Positions 1 to 13,422 of a stretch of DNA of 64,000 bases are shown in pieces (positions within the stretch are counted from its first letter, which is position 1; each line of letters opens with the position of its first letter). The DNA is taken from the NCBI GenBank assembly GCA_012295275.1, contig CM022671.1, positions 11,966,001 through 12,030,000 of the forward strand. The letters are read 5' to 3'. This stretch comes from Chrysomallon squamiferum. Taxonomy: Eukaryota > Animalia > Mollusca. The translations under genes were made by a program, and so were the position numbers. The notes beneath the pieces were generated by a model. That model was given only the letters and a program-made list of their open reading frames with translations. It was not told the DNA's origin and made no database searches.

Positions 1-540
1 AATGTTTTAGTATGGACCGTAACTGTTGAAATAATATTAAAATTTGGGGTGTTTCCTGCTTTTAAAATCTGGCATAATTAAAATTATTGTGTTCGATATG
101 TAAATAATAAAGAAATGAAGAAACCAAGAAATGAATATAGCATTTTTTGCTTCTACAACAGCAATCTAATTAAGAGACGAGTTAAGGAAAAGTAATTGTA
201 ACAATATATTAAAAGAGAATTTATTTTGGCTCTGTTTGTAGATGTTTTATTCTACTGATTATTAATAAAAATAAAACTTTTTTTTATTTTTTTTTATTTT
301 TAGCTCTACACCAATTGCAGGATTCCAAGATAGAGAAACCGAAGATCAACAGAAGTTTAAAAAGAATAAAATATCAGTTACAATAAAGAAAAACGAAAAA
401 CATTTCAGTGTGTTTATTTACTAATAAACTTCTTGGCATCATGTATCAAACATTAGAACCATAATAAAATTTAATCTGATAAAGGTCCCATGATTCCATC
501 ATCCATCACAAAACAATGTTTATATTTATTTATATTTGTA

Positions 541-2778
<2,238 letters not shown>

Positions 2779-3491
2779 GATTGCAGATTCTAATTAAAAC
2801 TTACACTGTCAATAAAGATTTATTTTGTAATGAAAGTAATGCAGCTTAAACGAAATATATGATATTTTCGACACTTATTTCAGAAAAACGCTTTGCCGTG
2901 CTAACAAGTTTTTGTTATACCATAATATTTACAACCTTTGGAGCCTCTTTGATTGTGGTAGCCGAGTATAAATTTCGGACGTTTTATTTTATCATTTTTA
3001 TTAGTAGGTTTTAATTCTGAGCAGAATGTTTTGTGCTGATAATTCCAATTATAAGAAAAAGAAAAAAAATGAAACTGAAAAAAACCTTTGAGTTAAATTT
3101 AGAATGATGATGATGCTGATGGTAATGGTGATGATAATAATAATAATAATAATAATGATAATAATAATCATCATCATTATTGTCATCATTGTTATAATGA
3201 TGATGATGATAATGCAACAACATATACATAAATAAATAAATATGAATAAATGAAAAACTTAATAGCTTTTGTCAAGCCTAAGCAAACTCGAACACTGAAG
3301 GCATATCTAAGCACAAACACAATAAAAATACGATTCATAAAATGATTTATTTGAACATAAATGACAATTTTAAAAATGCACAGCAAATCCAATAAGAACA
3401 ATTGATATTATATTGCTTATGGTAGTAAATGTTTTATTTTCCAGCAATCGAATGCATCCAGCGCAATGGCTGTCTTAGAACAGAGTGCACG

Positions 3492-4105
3492 ATGGCTGCC
3501 CGAATTCTCGGAGATCTCCGGCTCGACCAAACTGTCTTCTTTTTGTGTGACATGCAGGAAAGATTTAGGCCAGCAATTAAATATTTCCCAGAAATACTTG
3601 AAATTGGAAAACGCTTAGTGGGCATTTACGATTTATTACGAACAAATACATTTTTATACTTCCTAATCCGATGTTGTAGGCAGTAGTTTTACATTTACAT
3701 CTACAAATCAAATTAACGTATCTGATCCCTCATATATATTTGTGTCTTTCTCTTTACTCATGATTAATATTTTATAATATAAAATTAAAACTGTATGATC
3801 AAACAAATAACTGATAATTCTCATAATACGTTAAATTAAAAACAGTACAAAGACAGATAACATTTTAATGCAAGAGAACTACACAAATCAATTATTTTTA
3901 TTTATAGTTTCTTTTTTAAATAAAATAAAAAAAGGGTTGGTACTATATATATATATATATACGTTTAGAGAGAGAGATCTGATAATCTATGTTTTTATTT
4001 CAGGTTCAAGCTACAAAAATATTGGACATTCCTTTAATAGTGACAGAACAGGTAAATGAATTCTAACTTTAAATAACACATGTAGATCACTTATTACCTG
4101 GTGAA

Positions 4106-4151
<46 letters not shown>

Positions 4152-5759
4152 ATGAAAACATTAATGAATAAATTAATATAATTATAACAACAGTTCAATA
4201 ATGTTTATTTTAAAATTAAAAGTTAATAGGTTGTCAAATAGTTTCTGAGAGAAAACAGTCATGACCATTCAATGGTCATTTCTTATCATCTAGCAGCAAA
4301 TGTTCTAATATGTGCCTTCACATATACAGGAACACCTTTGTTATGTCTATTAAGGAGCAGAAAATGCAAAACATAGCACCTGAAGGATGTATCCTTCACC
4401 TATATTAAACAGAATGAGATAAATAATCAAAGTTTATTGTAAAATAATCTTATTATTATTTTAATTTTAATTTTGTTTATTTATTTATTATTATTGTTGT
4501 TGTTGTTGTCACTTTCTTTTTTTTTCTTTTTTTTACCAGTATCCAAAAGGTCTAGGTAACACTGTGCCTGAACTGGATATCAGTAATGCAATTCAGATTT
4601 TCCCCAAAACAAAATTCAGCATGGTTTTACCAGAGGTGGAGGAAAAACTAAAAACTCTCTGCAATGGAAATATTAGGCATGTTGTTTTGTTTGGTATTGA
4701 GGTAAATATAGTATACTCCAACATCGTTATTGTTAGTGTTGCCATTATAATCTTATTTTAATTATTAACATAAAGATTCAGGATATCATTTTATCAGTGT
4801 TCTTTTAAAATATATATATATATATTGTGTGTGTGTGTGTGTTTTTTAATGTCAAATCTGAATGAATATTATGACGAGCAGTGTACTAGATACAAGTGTG
4901 TTGTTTGTCTTGATTTGTGAGTTATTTTTCAGACTCACGTTTGTGTACAGCAGACAGTGATAGACCTGCTGGCCAGGAACTACGAGGTCCACGTTGTAGC
5001 TGATGCATGTTCATCTCGAAGCCAGATGGACAGAATTTTTGCTCTGCAGGTATGTTAACAAAACAAAAAAGAAATTAATAATATAAATAAATAAATAAAT
5101 ATAAAAGCTTTTAAGTAAAATAAAGGATATAAATCAGAATTATAATTAAATTAAAAAAATGTAAATAACCATTATAAATTTTATTAGATCTTTTAAAAGG
5201 CAGGAGCAATGACATTACAGAAATAAATAAAACACCAATCCCCCTCCAAAAAGGAGGTAAAAGTAATATCTGAACAAAGGTAAATAAAGTGACTTAAATT
5301 TTTATTTATTCTGCTCCAGAAGTTTTCAGTACATGTAAGCACAGTGGTTCACTGAATGTTTAAAACTGCCTGGTTGTCCTTCATTGTCTAGACTGATCTG
5401 CTGTTTTTCATCCAACACAACACCAATTTGTTTTTACTGTAGCACTGTCTTGATTCTAAATAATGGACAGCAGAAATTTTTATTTGACATATCATAGCAT
5501 CTTCCTACATACTATTTTGTGTAGTTTTTATATATATAAACTACATAAAATAGATAGATAAAAAAAATTAGGTGAGAAGTTTTGTGGAATGAATAAGTTA
5601 ATTTAATTTCAGCGGTTTCAACATTGTGGAGCTGTGGTGACTACCAGTGAAGCAGTTCTGTTGCAGTTAGTAGGAGACAAAGATCATCCCAGGTTTAAAG
5701 AAATCCAGAGTTTGATAAAAACAAGTGCTCCTGATTCAGGACTGGTTGCTAATTTGTGA
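3492..5759 (+). CDS. ISOC1: Isochorismatase domain-containing protein (ISOC1-like), about 199 aa, 5 exons
   Basis: Exons 3492-3617, 4004-4051, 4540-4701, 4933-5049, 5613-5759 (all phase 0). Motifs [55 protein letters not shown] and [21 protein letters not shown] match ISOC1 better than ISOC2. An acceptor at about 3444 suggests an upstream exon, so the start codon is uncertain. Confidence 0.92.
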
Positions 5760-6916
5760 TGACTTTACAGTACTGATGTTTAAAAAAGTATATATATTTT
5801 TGTGAAATGACATAATAATAAATGTTTAAAATTCAGTAGATGTTGTTGTGATTTTTGCAGTTAGAACTGGTTAATTGTAATAATAAAGAAAAAATTATTT
5901 GAAGCTTTGTTGTGGTTAATATTAAATTAATACATTTTAATAGATATGGGGTTTTTAAAAAAATAAAATTGATCTCTTTAGCACTATTTGTTAGATTTCA
6001 TATGTGCGTGTGTGTTTCTTTTGTTTTACTGGCTTGAATCGCCTTTTAGAGGTAAAACCTACCAAATTAAAATATACAAATAATGGTTATGTATATATGA
6101 ATAAAAGTACAGCATAAAAAAAAAAGAAGTAATTATAATTAATATTTAAATAAAAAAAACGACTTAGAAGGGGAACTAAACGTAACCTTTAAACAATGGC
6201 ATTACTAAGTTGTTGAGGTATGAGTGTTTTCTTAATACCAGTTCTTACGTCATAATTATATATTGGTATCCATGGACCACGCCACTCTCACGATGTCTTT
6301 TGAAATGTTTTGTATTGAACTTGTTCATGGTTTCAAGGCGTTAATAACAATAACGTATGAAAACTGCAAAACAATATCCCGCTCCTGTGCGGATTTCAAG
6401 TTAATTTAACGAACTGAGTTGATAGATTGAACATCCACGTCATGCAGTATACCACTGAAAGGTTTCCAATATATATTCAATCACCATTTTTAATTGTGTT
6501 AATGAATGGACATAGTATGATCCGTAAAGGTCGCGCAACTTCGTTTTTTTTTTTTTTCATATTTAATGAACCCGTCATGGAATATTTATTTCTTTAGGAC
6601 GTCTCAGATAACATACACTCTTTTTTTTATAGTTCTGGCGGTGGTTGGTATCATTTTCGAATTGACTGTTTTTCTAATAAAATTTCTTAAAAAGATAGTT
6701 ATAACAAAATAAAATAAATAAATAATACACCAGATATGTATATTAATAAATATAAGAACACGAAAATACTTTGGTAATTTATTTGATTTTTTTGTTAGTT
6801 TTTAGCACATTAATGGATGTATGTTTAACTATTGCATTAACAAAATTACATTCAAGGTAAAGTTAACCATAATTAAGCATCTAAAAGTAAACCGAACAAC
6901 AACACCAAGAAAATCG

Positions 6917-6976
<60 letters not shown>

Positions 6977-7314
6977 AATAATAATATTAATAAAATCGTT
7001 ATTTATTTATATGCTATTTCTTTCTTTTAGACATCAGTAATAGTAGTTTATTGTTATTAAAAATAAATCTACGTCGTCACATTTTATTGTATAGTTATTT
7101 ATAACTGAGTTTACACATGGCAAACTAACCATCACAACATTTTAATTGTTTCTACACAATGTTTATTTAGTTCCAGTTTACTGTGCACTTTGTTTGTTTT
7201 TTTTAAACAATATAACATTTAGACTTTTAATTTTTTTCTTATTTTTTTTTTTCTTTCATTACATGTTCATCTTAAAAACACTATTGCTTAAAACCTCAGT
7301 AAACTGAATACCAC

Positions 7315-7343
7315 TCTAAACCGAACAGCTGATTCGGTTTAGA
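7315..7343. repeat. Perfect 11-bp inverted repeat, possibly a Tigger/pogo-type MITE remnant
   Basis: tctaaaccgaa-cagctga-ttcggtttaga. The MITE assignment is from recalled similarity only. Confidence 0.4.
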
Positions 7344-7674
7344 TTAGTTTCCGCGTATATGAAATGTTTACAATCTTGAATTTCATATTGCCTTATTGCA
7401 TTGACAAAATGTCATAAAGTATATCAGCTACCAATTAGCACTTACTACAATGAATAGAGGAATACAATTAGGATTTTTCAACACGTTCCAAGTTGCAATA
7501 ACTATCAATTTAAAATAACTATAAAACATTCTATCGTTGACGGGCGCATTTTTGACATAAACACGTTAATATCATGTTTCAAGTGAAATTCAAGAATTAA
7601 CTGCATTGTCTCGACACATCACTCCGGTAGAGGACTTATCATAAACTGTGCTGGGAATTCGAGTTTTTGTAAAC

Positions 7675-8670
7675 ATGAGCAACTCAACTGTGGGGAACGG
7701 GACTGTGGAAGAAGAAGATATTCTTAGCATTACTGAGATTTTACTGCTTATCGCTGACGTTACGCTCATTATCATTATAACAGTGGGCAATTCTCTGACA
7801 GTAGCGGCCGTCTGCCGGTTTAAAAGACTCCAGAATTCCAACAACGTCATGATTGCATCTCTGGCTATTGCAGATCTGATTATGGGTACGGTGTACACCC
7901 CTGCGAAAATTATATACACCACATGGCCAAAGCTATTCGTTTCTAGAGTACCATGCGTCATATACATTTTCATCTCGCATTTTGCATCTTTTTGTGCGAT
8001 ACTAGGTCTGTCGCTGTTGTCGTTAGAACGAGGTTACGCTGTCCACTTTCCATTTGATTACCATTCGAGGATAACGATTAAGTTGACTACAACTGTAAAC
8101 GTGTGTGCTTTTCTCGGTATTATATGTCTCAACTTGCCAATGTTGGTCGGTCTGGACAACTACAACGGCAAAGACTGCTTTGCACCTCAATTGTTCCCGA
8201 CAAGCTATTTAAGGACTCTTATTGCTGTGGGTGCAATCATTTTACTTTTAGGATTTTTGTCTTTTATACGAGTTCTGACGGCAGAACTTCGACGTCAGAA
8301 GAATTCAGTTGCAGTGAGCGGACGGCAGTCGCAACGTTCGAAACAGTCTCTGGGGTGCAGGCTGATGTGTGTCGTGTACACCAGTTCACTCGTCTTCTGG
8401 CTTCCTCACATGTGTCACTATTTCTACATCACATTCACGAATGAGGACAGAAAAATGCTCGTTTTCAGACTCCTGTCCATCTCCGACCTCTGCAGCTCGG
8501 CTGTAAATTTTGTCATTTACGGATTTAAGATCAGTAGCTTCAGAATGGCCTACAGACAGCTGTTAGGGATGAAAAAGAGGACGACAACGGAGTCGAGTTC
8601 TGTTATGACTACCAACACGGTCATACAGTTGAGAGAAGAAGCAGAAGACGACCATTCTCGACCCTGTTAA
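7675..8670 (+). CDS. Intronless class A (rhodopsin-like) GPCR, orphan, 331 aa
   Basis: Single ORF from ATG 7675 with N-glycosylation sites (NST, NGT) and 7 hydrophobic segments. TM1 GN, TM2 SLAIADL, C3.25, TM3 LSLERGYAV, TM6 FWLP, TM7 SAVNFVIY, helix 8 FRMAY. AATAAA at about 8752. Confidence 0.93.
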   Translation: MSNSTVGNGTVEEEDILSITEILLLIADVTLIIIITVGNSLTVAAVCRFKRLQNSNNVMIASLAIADLIMGTVYTPAKIIYTTWPKLFVSRVPCVIYIFISHFASFCAILGLSLLSLERGYAVHFPFDYHSRITIKLTTTVNVCAFLGIICLNLPMLVGLDNYNGKDCFAPQLFPTSYLRTLIAVGAIILLLGFLSFIRVLTAELRRQKNSVAVSGRQSQRSKQSLGCRLMCVVYTSSLVFWLPHMCHYFYITFTNEDRKMLVFRLLSISDLCSSAVNFVIYGFKISSFRMAYRQLLGMKKRTTTESSSVMTTNTVIQLREEAEDDHSRPC

Positions 8671-11600
8671 CTCGTGTTATCAGCTACAGACTTACACCGT
8701 GAAACAGCTGTCTTTAATTTGCTTTTATCTTATTATTTTTATCCCTGAAATAATAAAGATATAATTTAAAAAAGAAAAACAAGAAGTAAATTTTGTTAAA
8801 TATTAATTTTTTGTTGGTTTTTTTTCATTTTTTCTTTTTTTGTTTATTATTACTAATAATTGTTATATTATGTATAAAATGTAATTTTTAAATTATAATA
8901 TTTTTCAGTTCATCTGCATGGAACCATATATATTTTTTGTACATGTATAATTAGGGGAGAAAAAAAGAAAAGACTGTGTATACATGTAATATTAGAAGAA
9001 ACTCAAAAGAACGCACGCACGCGTACTCATACATATAAACACAAACCCGCACACAAATTACTTTTAATATTTGATAATATATATGTATTTTAGTGGTTTC
9101 TTATTATTTTGTATTTTATTATGTATAAACTGTATAATAATGTAATATTAGTTATTTAAAATGTGTCGTCAAATAATTCAGTTTCGTTTTCTTTTTCTCA
9201 CACATCGCTTTTCCTACGTTGTTTTTTTTCATTATAAACGTAGGCCAAATATTCTAATACATTTAAACAAATTTAGCTTTCTTGTCACTTCAGCATATTT
9301 CTGGATAAACTCGACCAAGAGTCACTGTTATTATTACAAGCCAGGAATGCAAATATTTTTACAGTTTTTGGTTTATTGTTTAAACAGTAATTTGTGCATG
9401 TTAAAAACGAAAACATGTATGCCTGTTTATTGTTCTCATTTTTTTTTTTTTTCTTTGATGGATAATTATACTCTACCTTTGTTTCCAATAAAGTAACTCC
9501 AGGTTTAAACAGAAACACGAGTTCTTCATATTTCTACCATAATTGTTGAACACCTCATTAAGCAGAACTAAACGCCTGCACTAAAACGCGTTTTGATAAC
9601 CAAAGATAATTAATCGTAGAAATATAATCTTGTTTTGAATCTTAATGTCATCGGATTCATTTACAGATTATTATCTAAACTAACAGACTGTCGAAGCGCT
9701 TTTTAGTTAATAAAGAGGACTTTCTATTTTTTCTGTTTCTTTTTTTCTTTTTTTTTTTTTACGAAACTTCTTTTTATTAGTAATTTAATAAAATAAAAAT
9801 AATAAAAATAATAATAATAATAAAAGTAAAAAAAAAAAAATAATAATAATAATAGAAACAACAACAACAACAAGGGTAATAAAAACAATTATTATACGGT
9901 ATGTTCCCAAAACTGGCAGTCTCAAGATTAGGTAAGCGGTGAGATGTTGTAATCCGCTTCCAAAAATGGTAAAACTGGCGTGAGCAATTAAGGCCAATTT
10001 AGACGCATGGGGATAACGAGATGTGTGAAGAACAGAAGGGGCGATTAACGAGATTAACCGTAATGAGCAGAGAAGAGCAGAGGTGTAGAGATTGCAATAG
10101 AGATTGCAAGAAAAATTAATGTTTGGAGACATGAAATTAATTTTATATCTCAGTAACATTTGGAGACAGGAAATACTACCAGAAGACAAGCACAAGTTCT
10201 TCCAGCTGGGACTGCAGTACGTCACGTGTACCCGGGACACGGCTTCCTACTTGTCAGCTTGCGATAATCTGGGACATTTCGTGTGTAAAGTGTGACTGAA
10301 TGTGCTTTCAAATTGTGGACAAAATACTGTTTAACAAAAGTACATCGATTAAGGTGACGGAACACAAATTAGTAAGGGTGAGCAATAAACTGCCAGAAAT
10401 GGAACAACTGGCGTGTCCAGTTAAAATGTGTTATAATCTCACTGTCAGATTCGGGAATGCCAGAATCGGGAATATTAGAATCCTTGATTAATTACTGAGG
10501 CTTTCCCATCCAAAGTTTTAATTACTTTGAAAACTGGCCGAGTGTGTTATAGAGTGTTAACATGACTGACACTAGTTAGTTGTATGTAAGTTAATTCCAT
10601 TTCAGATATAAGAAGACAATAAAACAGGGTAGATATTTTAAGTCTGATTTAGTAACTCTATATGTGCGCGCAAGAAACCCATTCATGCAAGCAAAAAAAA
10701 AAAAAAAAAAGACAAAGAAGAACGACAAAAAGAAAAAAAAAATCATATATTTTGCAAGATATTTCTTTATTTCTTTTAATATATTTTTATTGAAATTTAT
10801 CTTTTTGGAATAGACTTTATATCAAATTGAACAGCATAAAATGATAAATGATGAAAAGAAATCGAAGATAAAATGTATAAAATAAATAATATTAAGAAAA
10901 AGATAGGAATGATAATGCAGAAAAATTAACAATAACAATACATTTTTAAAAATATTATAATAAAAAATACACGATAAAATTTTAAAATGGAAATAAATTT
11001 CGAGTGAAACACAAAAACGAACAACAACTTGTTAATTGCTTCCACAATTTTTATTATTTTTATTTTTTTCATAAAATAATATATAATCATTGAAAAAGAG
11101 ACATTTCAAGTATATTTATATTTAAATTTGAATTACACCTGTAAAAAGACTGGAATGGACAAAGTGAAATTTATTTTTAAAGACACTTATTATTCTCACT
11201 GAAAATAAACAAATTTCAAGAATATTCTTAAATATATTAAAATATGCCGTAGTAAAATATTTCAGATGTTCATCCTAAATAAAAAAATATAAAGAAATAT
11301 AAATGCTTACAAAATATTTAGGTGCTGTGTGTGTATTTATCTTTCACCATTGCAAATTACTTCTTTAATATTTTACGCCAATCGTTGCCAATTACAAAGT
11401 AAAACAAGAATGATAAAAATAAACTTTGCAAATATAGCTTGCTGTTTGACCTATTTTTATCTTTCTTTTCTTTTTCTTATTTTTACTATATTTATAATAT
11501 ATGAAATGTCAGCAGAAAAATCGGATTTAAAAGTAAGCTTATATGAATCTTTTCTGATTTAATTTTTATAATCATTATTTTTATTCCATACTTTATTATT

Positions 11601-11703
11601 AGCAAACATTAGTTTTAATATACAAATAAAAAATAAGATGGACATGCACAAACATCAGAATCAAATAAGATGATAAGTTTAGTATATTATATACGAAATA
11701 TAT

Positions 11704-12130
11704 TCCATGGCCGTAACTACATTGAGGCAAATGCCTCATACCGAAATTGACGATTTTTATTTATTTTTTAATTTTTTGTTTCATAGATTTTATTTAATAA
11801 ATATTAAATATAAATATCTATTCCGATAGAAACGATATCTACTGAATGAATTCATTTGTGTCTACGTTTACCTTTTGAAGTCTACCGACATCGTTGCGAT
11901 GGAAGACATAACCGACTTCATTTCAAAAAGAGTTTGGTTACATGTATTCAGGCAATTTGTAAACGTTATTTATTTAATAGACGAAAGTTCACTGCTGTAC
12001 TTTAAAGACATATATAAAAATAAATTAAAATTCTTTATAGACCGGTAATAACTGGAAGAAAATGATGAACACATTACAGTGAAAACACGTAACTTGTACA
12101 GTCAAGTGAAGATACATGAGAACTGAATTA
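11704..12130 (+). mobile_element. Decayed 5' fragment of a hAT (Tip100/Blackjack-like) element
   Basis: Terminus-like catggccgtaactacattgaggca, followed by stop-interrupted peptides (LPFE..GR, RKFTAVL*, NLYSQVKIHEN) resembling a hAT transposase N-terminus. No second TIR seen. Confidence 0.3.
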
Positions 12131-13422
12131 GATTTGAACATTCCATCATTTCAAAGTGTTACATGAATACAACATTTATCTATTTGTTGTAAAAGTATGT
12201 GTGTGCGTTTATGTGTAAGTCTTTATATGAAATCATAGCATATAATAATACAATAATATGTCAATAGATAAATAGATAGATGGATGGACAGTGTCAGAGG
12301 GTTTCTCTATGCAGTATAATATATAGAGATAAAAAAGATTATATTAATATACAACAAGGTATTTCTGTAACAATAAATATATTTTTTTCAAAACATCAAC
12401 AAATATTTATTTTCAGTTATTTATAAAATCAACAAAAAAGACTTTCATAAATAATTATTAACAAAAATCTATTTTTCTTCATAAATATTTAACAAAAAGT
12501 TTTTATTTTTTCCACATAAATATTAACAAATGTTTTCACAGAGTAATGTTAAATCACAGCCATAATATTAATATTTTTCAATAAAATTAAATTGTTCATG
12601 TAGAAACATCAATTGTGTTTTTTCTTAGCTACTTTATGCATTGTAATATTGTAATTGTGATGTTTGTACTTCAGTAAGCTACAGTAACATATATAGTGTT
12701 GTTACATTTCAAAATGCTTGACATATGATAGTACAGTAGCAAAAAACAAATATGTTACTATCGAAATAAACACATTTATTATCATAACAAAAAGTAAATT
12801 TGTTGTAATAAGTAAATTATGATGAGAAACAGGATGATATAATCGGAAAGTGTTTTTAAAAAGCCAAGTAAATGGTGATTTGACTTTCCAACAGTTAAGA
12901 TGTCTCCCAAAGAAATGTTTTTATATAAGCAATACTTTCAGGGATGTAGTTACAATTCAGGGTGTGAAATATAACATAATAAAGACTGTAGATTTCAAAT
13001 GTGGAAAACAAATATTTTATATGTGATAAATCAACCTGTGGCTCTTTGGTTCTCTAGGAATAAAAATCTAGTAAAATTAACAATAGTGTAATTATTTTAC
13101 AAACATACAAAAGAAAGGGGAATTTGAAAAAAAAAAAAGATTAAAATATAAGATGAACATGTCATATTAGTGTTGTTTTCAAGTTAGTTTCTTTTATCTT
13201 CAACTGCGATAAATAATTTTCATTTATACATTCCTGTCAACAAGATGACTTCTTTTTATTTTTAAATTTGTTATCTTTATTATCAGGGTTTTCTTAAATT
13301 CGTAATGATCCCATGTCAGTCGGTTCTAATTCTGTTTGTATTTGTTTTTAAATTGTTTTTTTTATATATCTTAAATTTTCATCTTCAGATGTGTTATTTC
13401 AGTTTCATTGTTTGTGAGGCTG

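Noticed and set aside
6160-6545. Possible MITE (agaaggggaactaaac terminus-like)
   Set aside because: No matching second TIR or TSD found.
7590-8444. ORFs 7590-7973 (-) and 8103-8444 (+)
   Set aside because: Shadow frames of the GPCR CDS.
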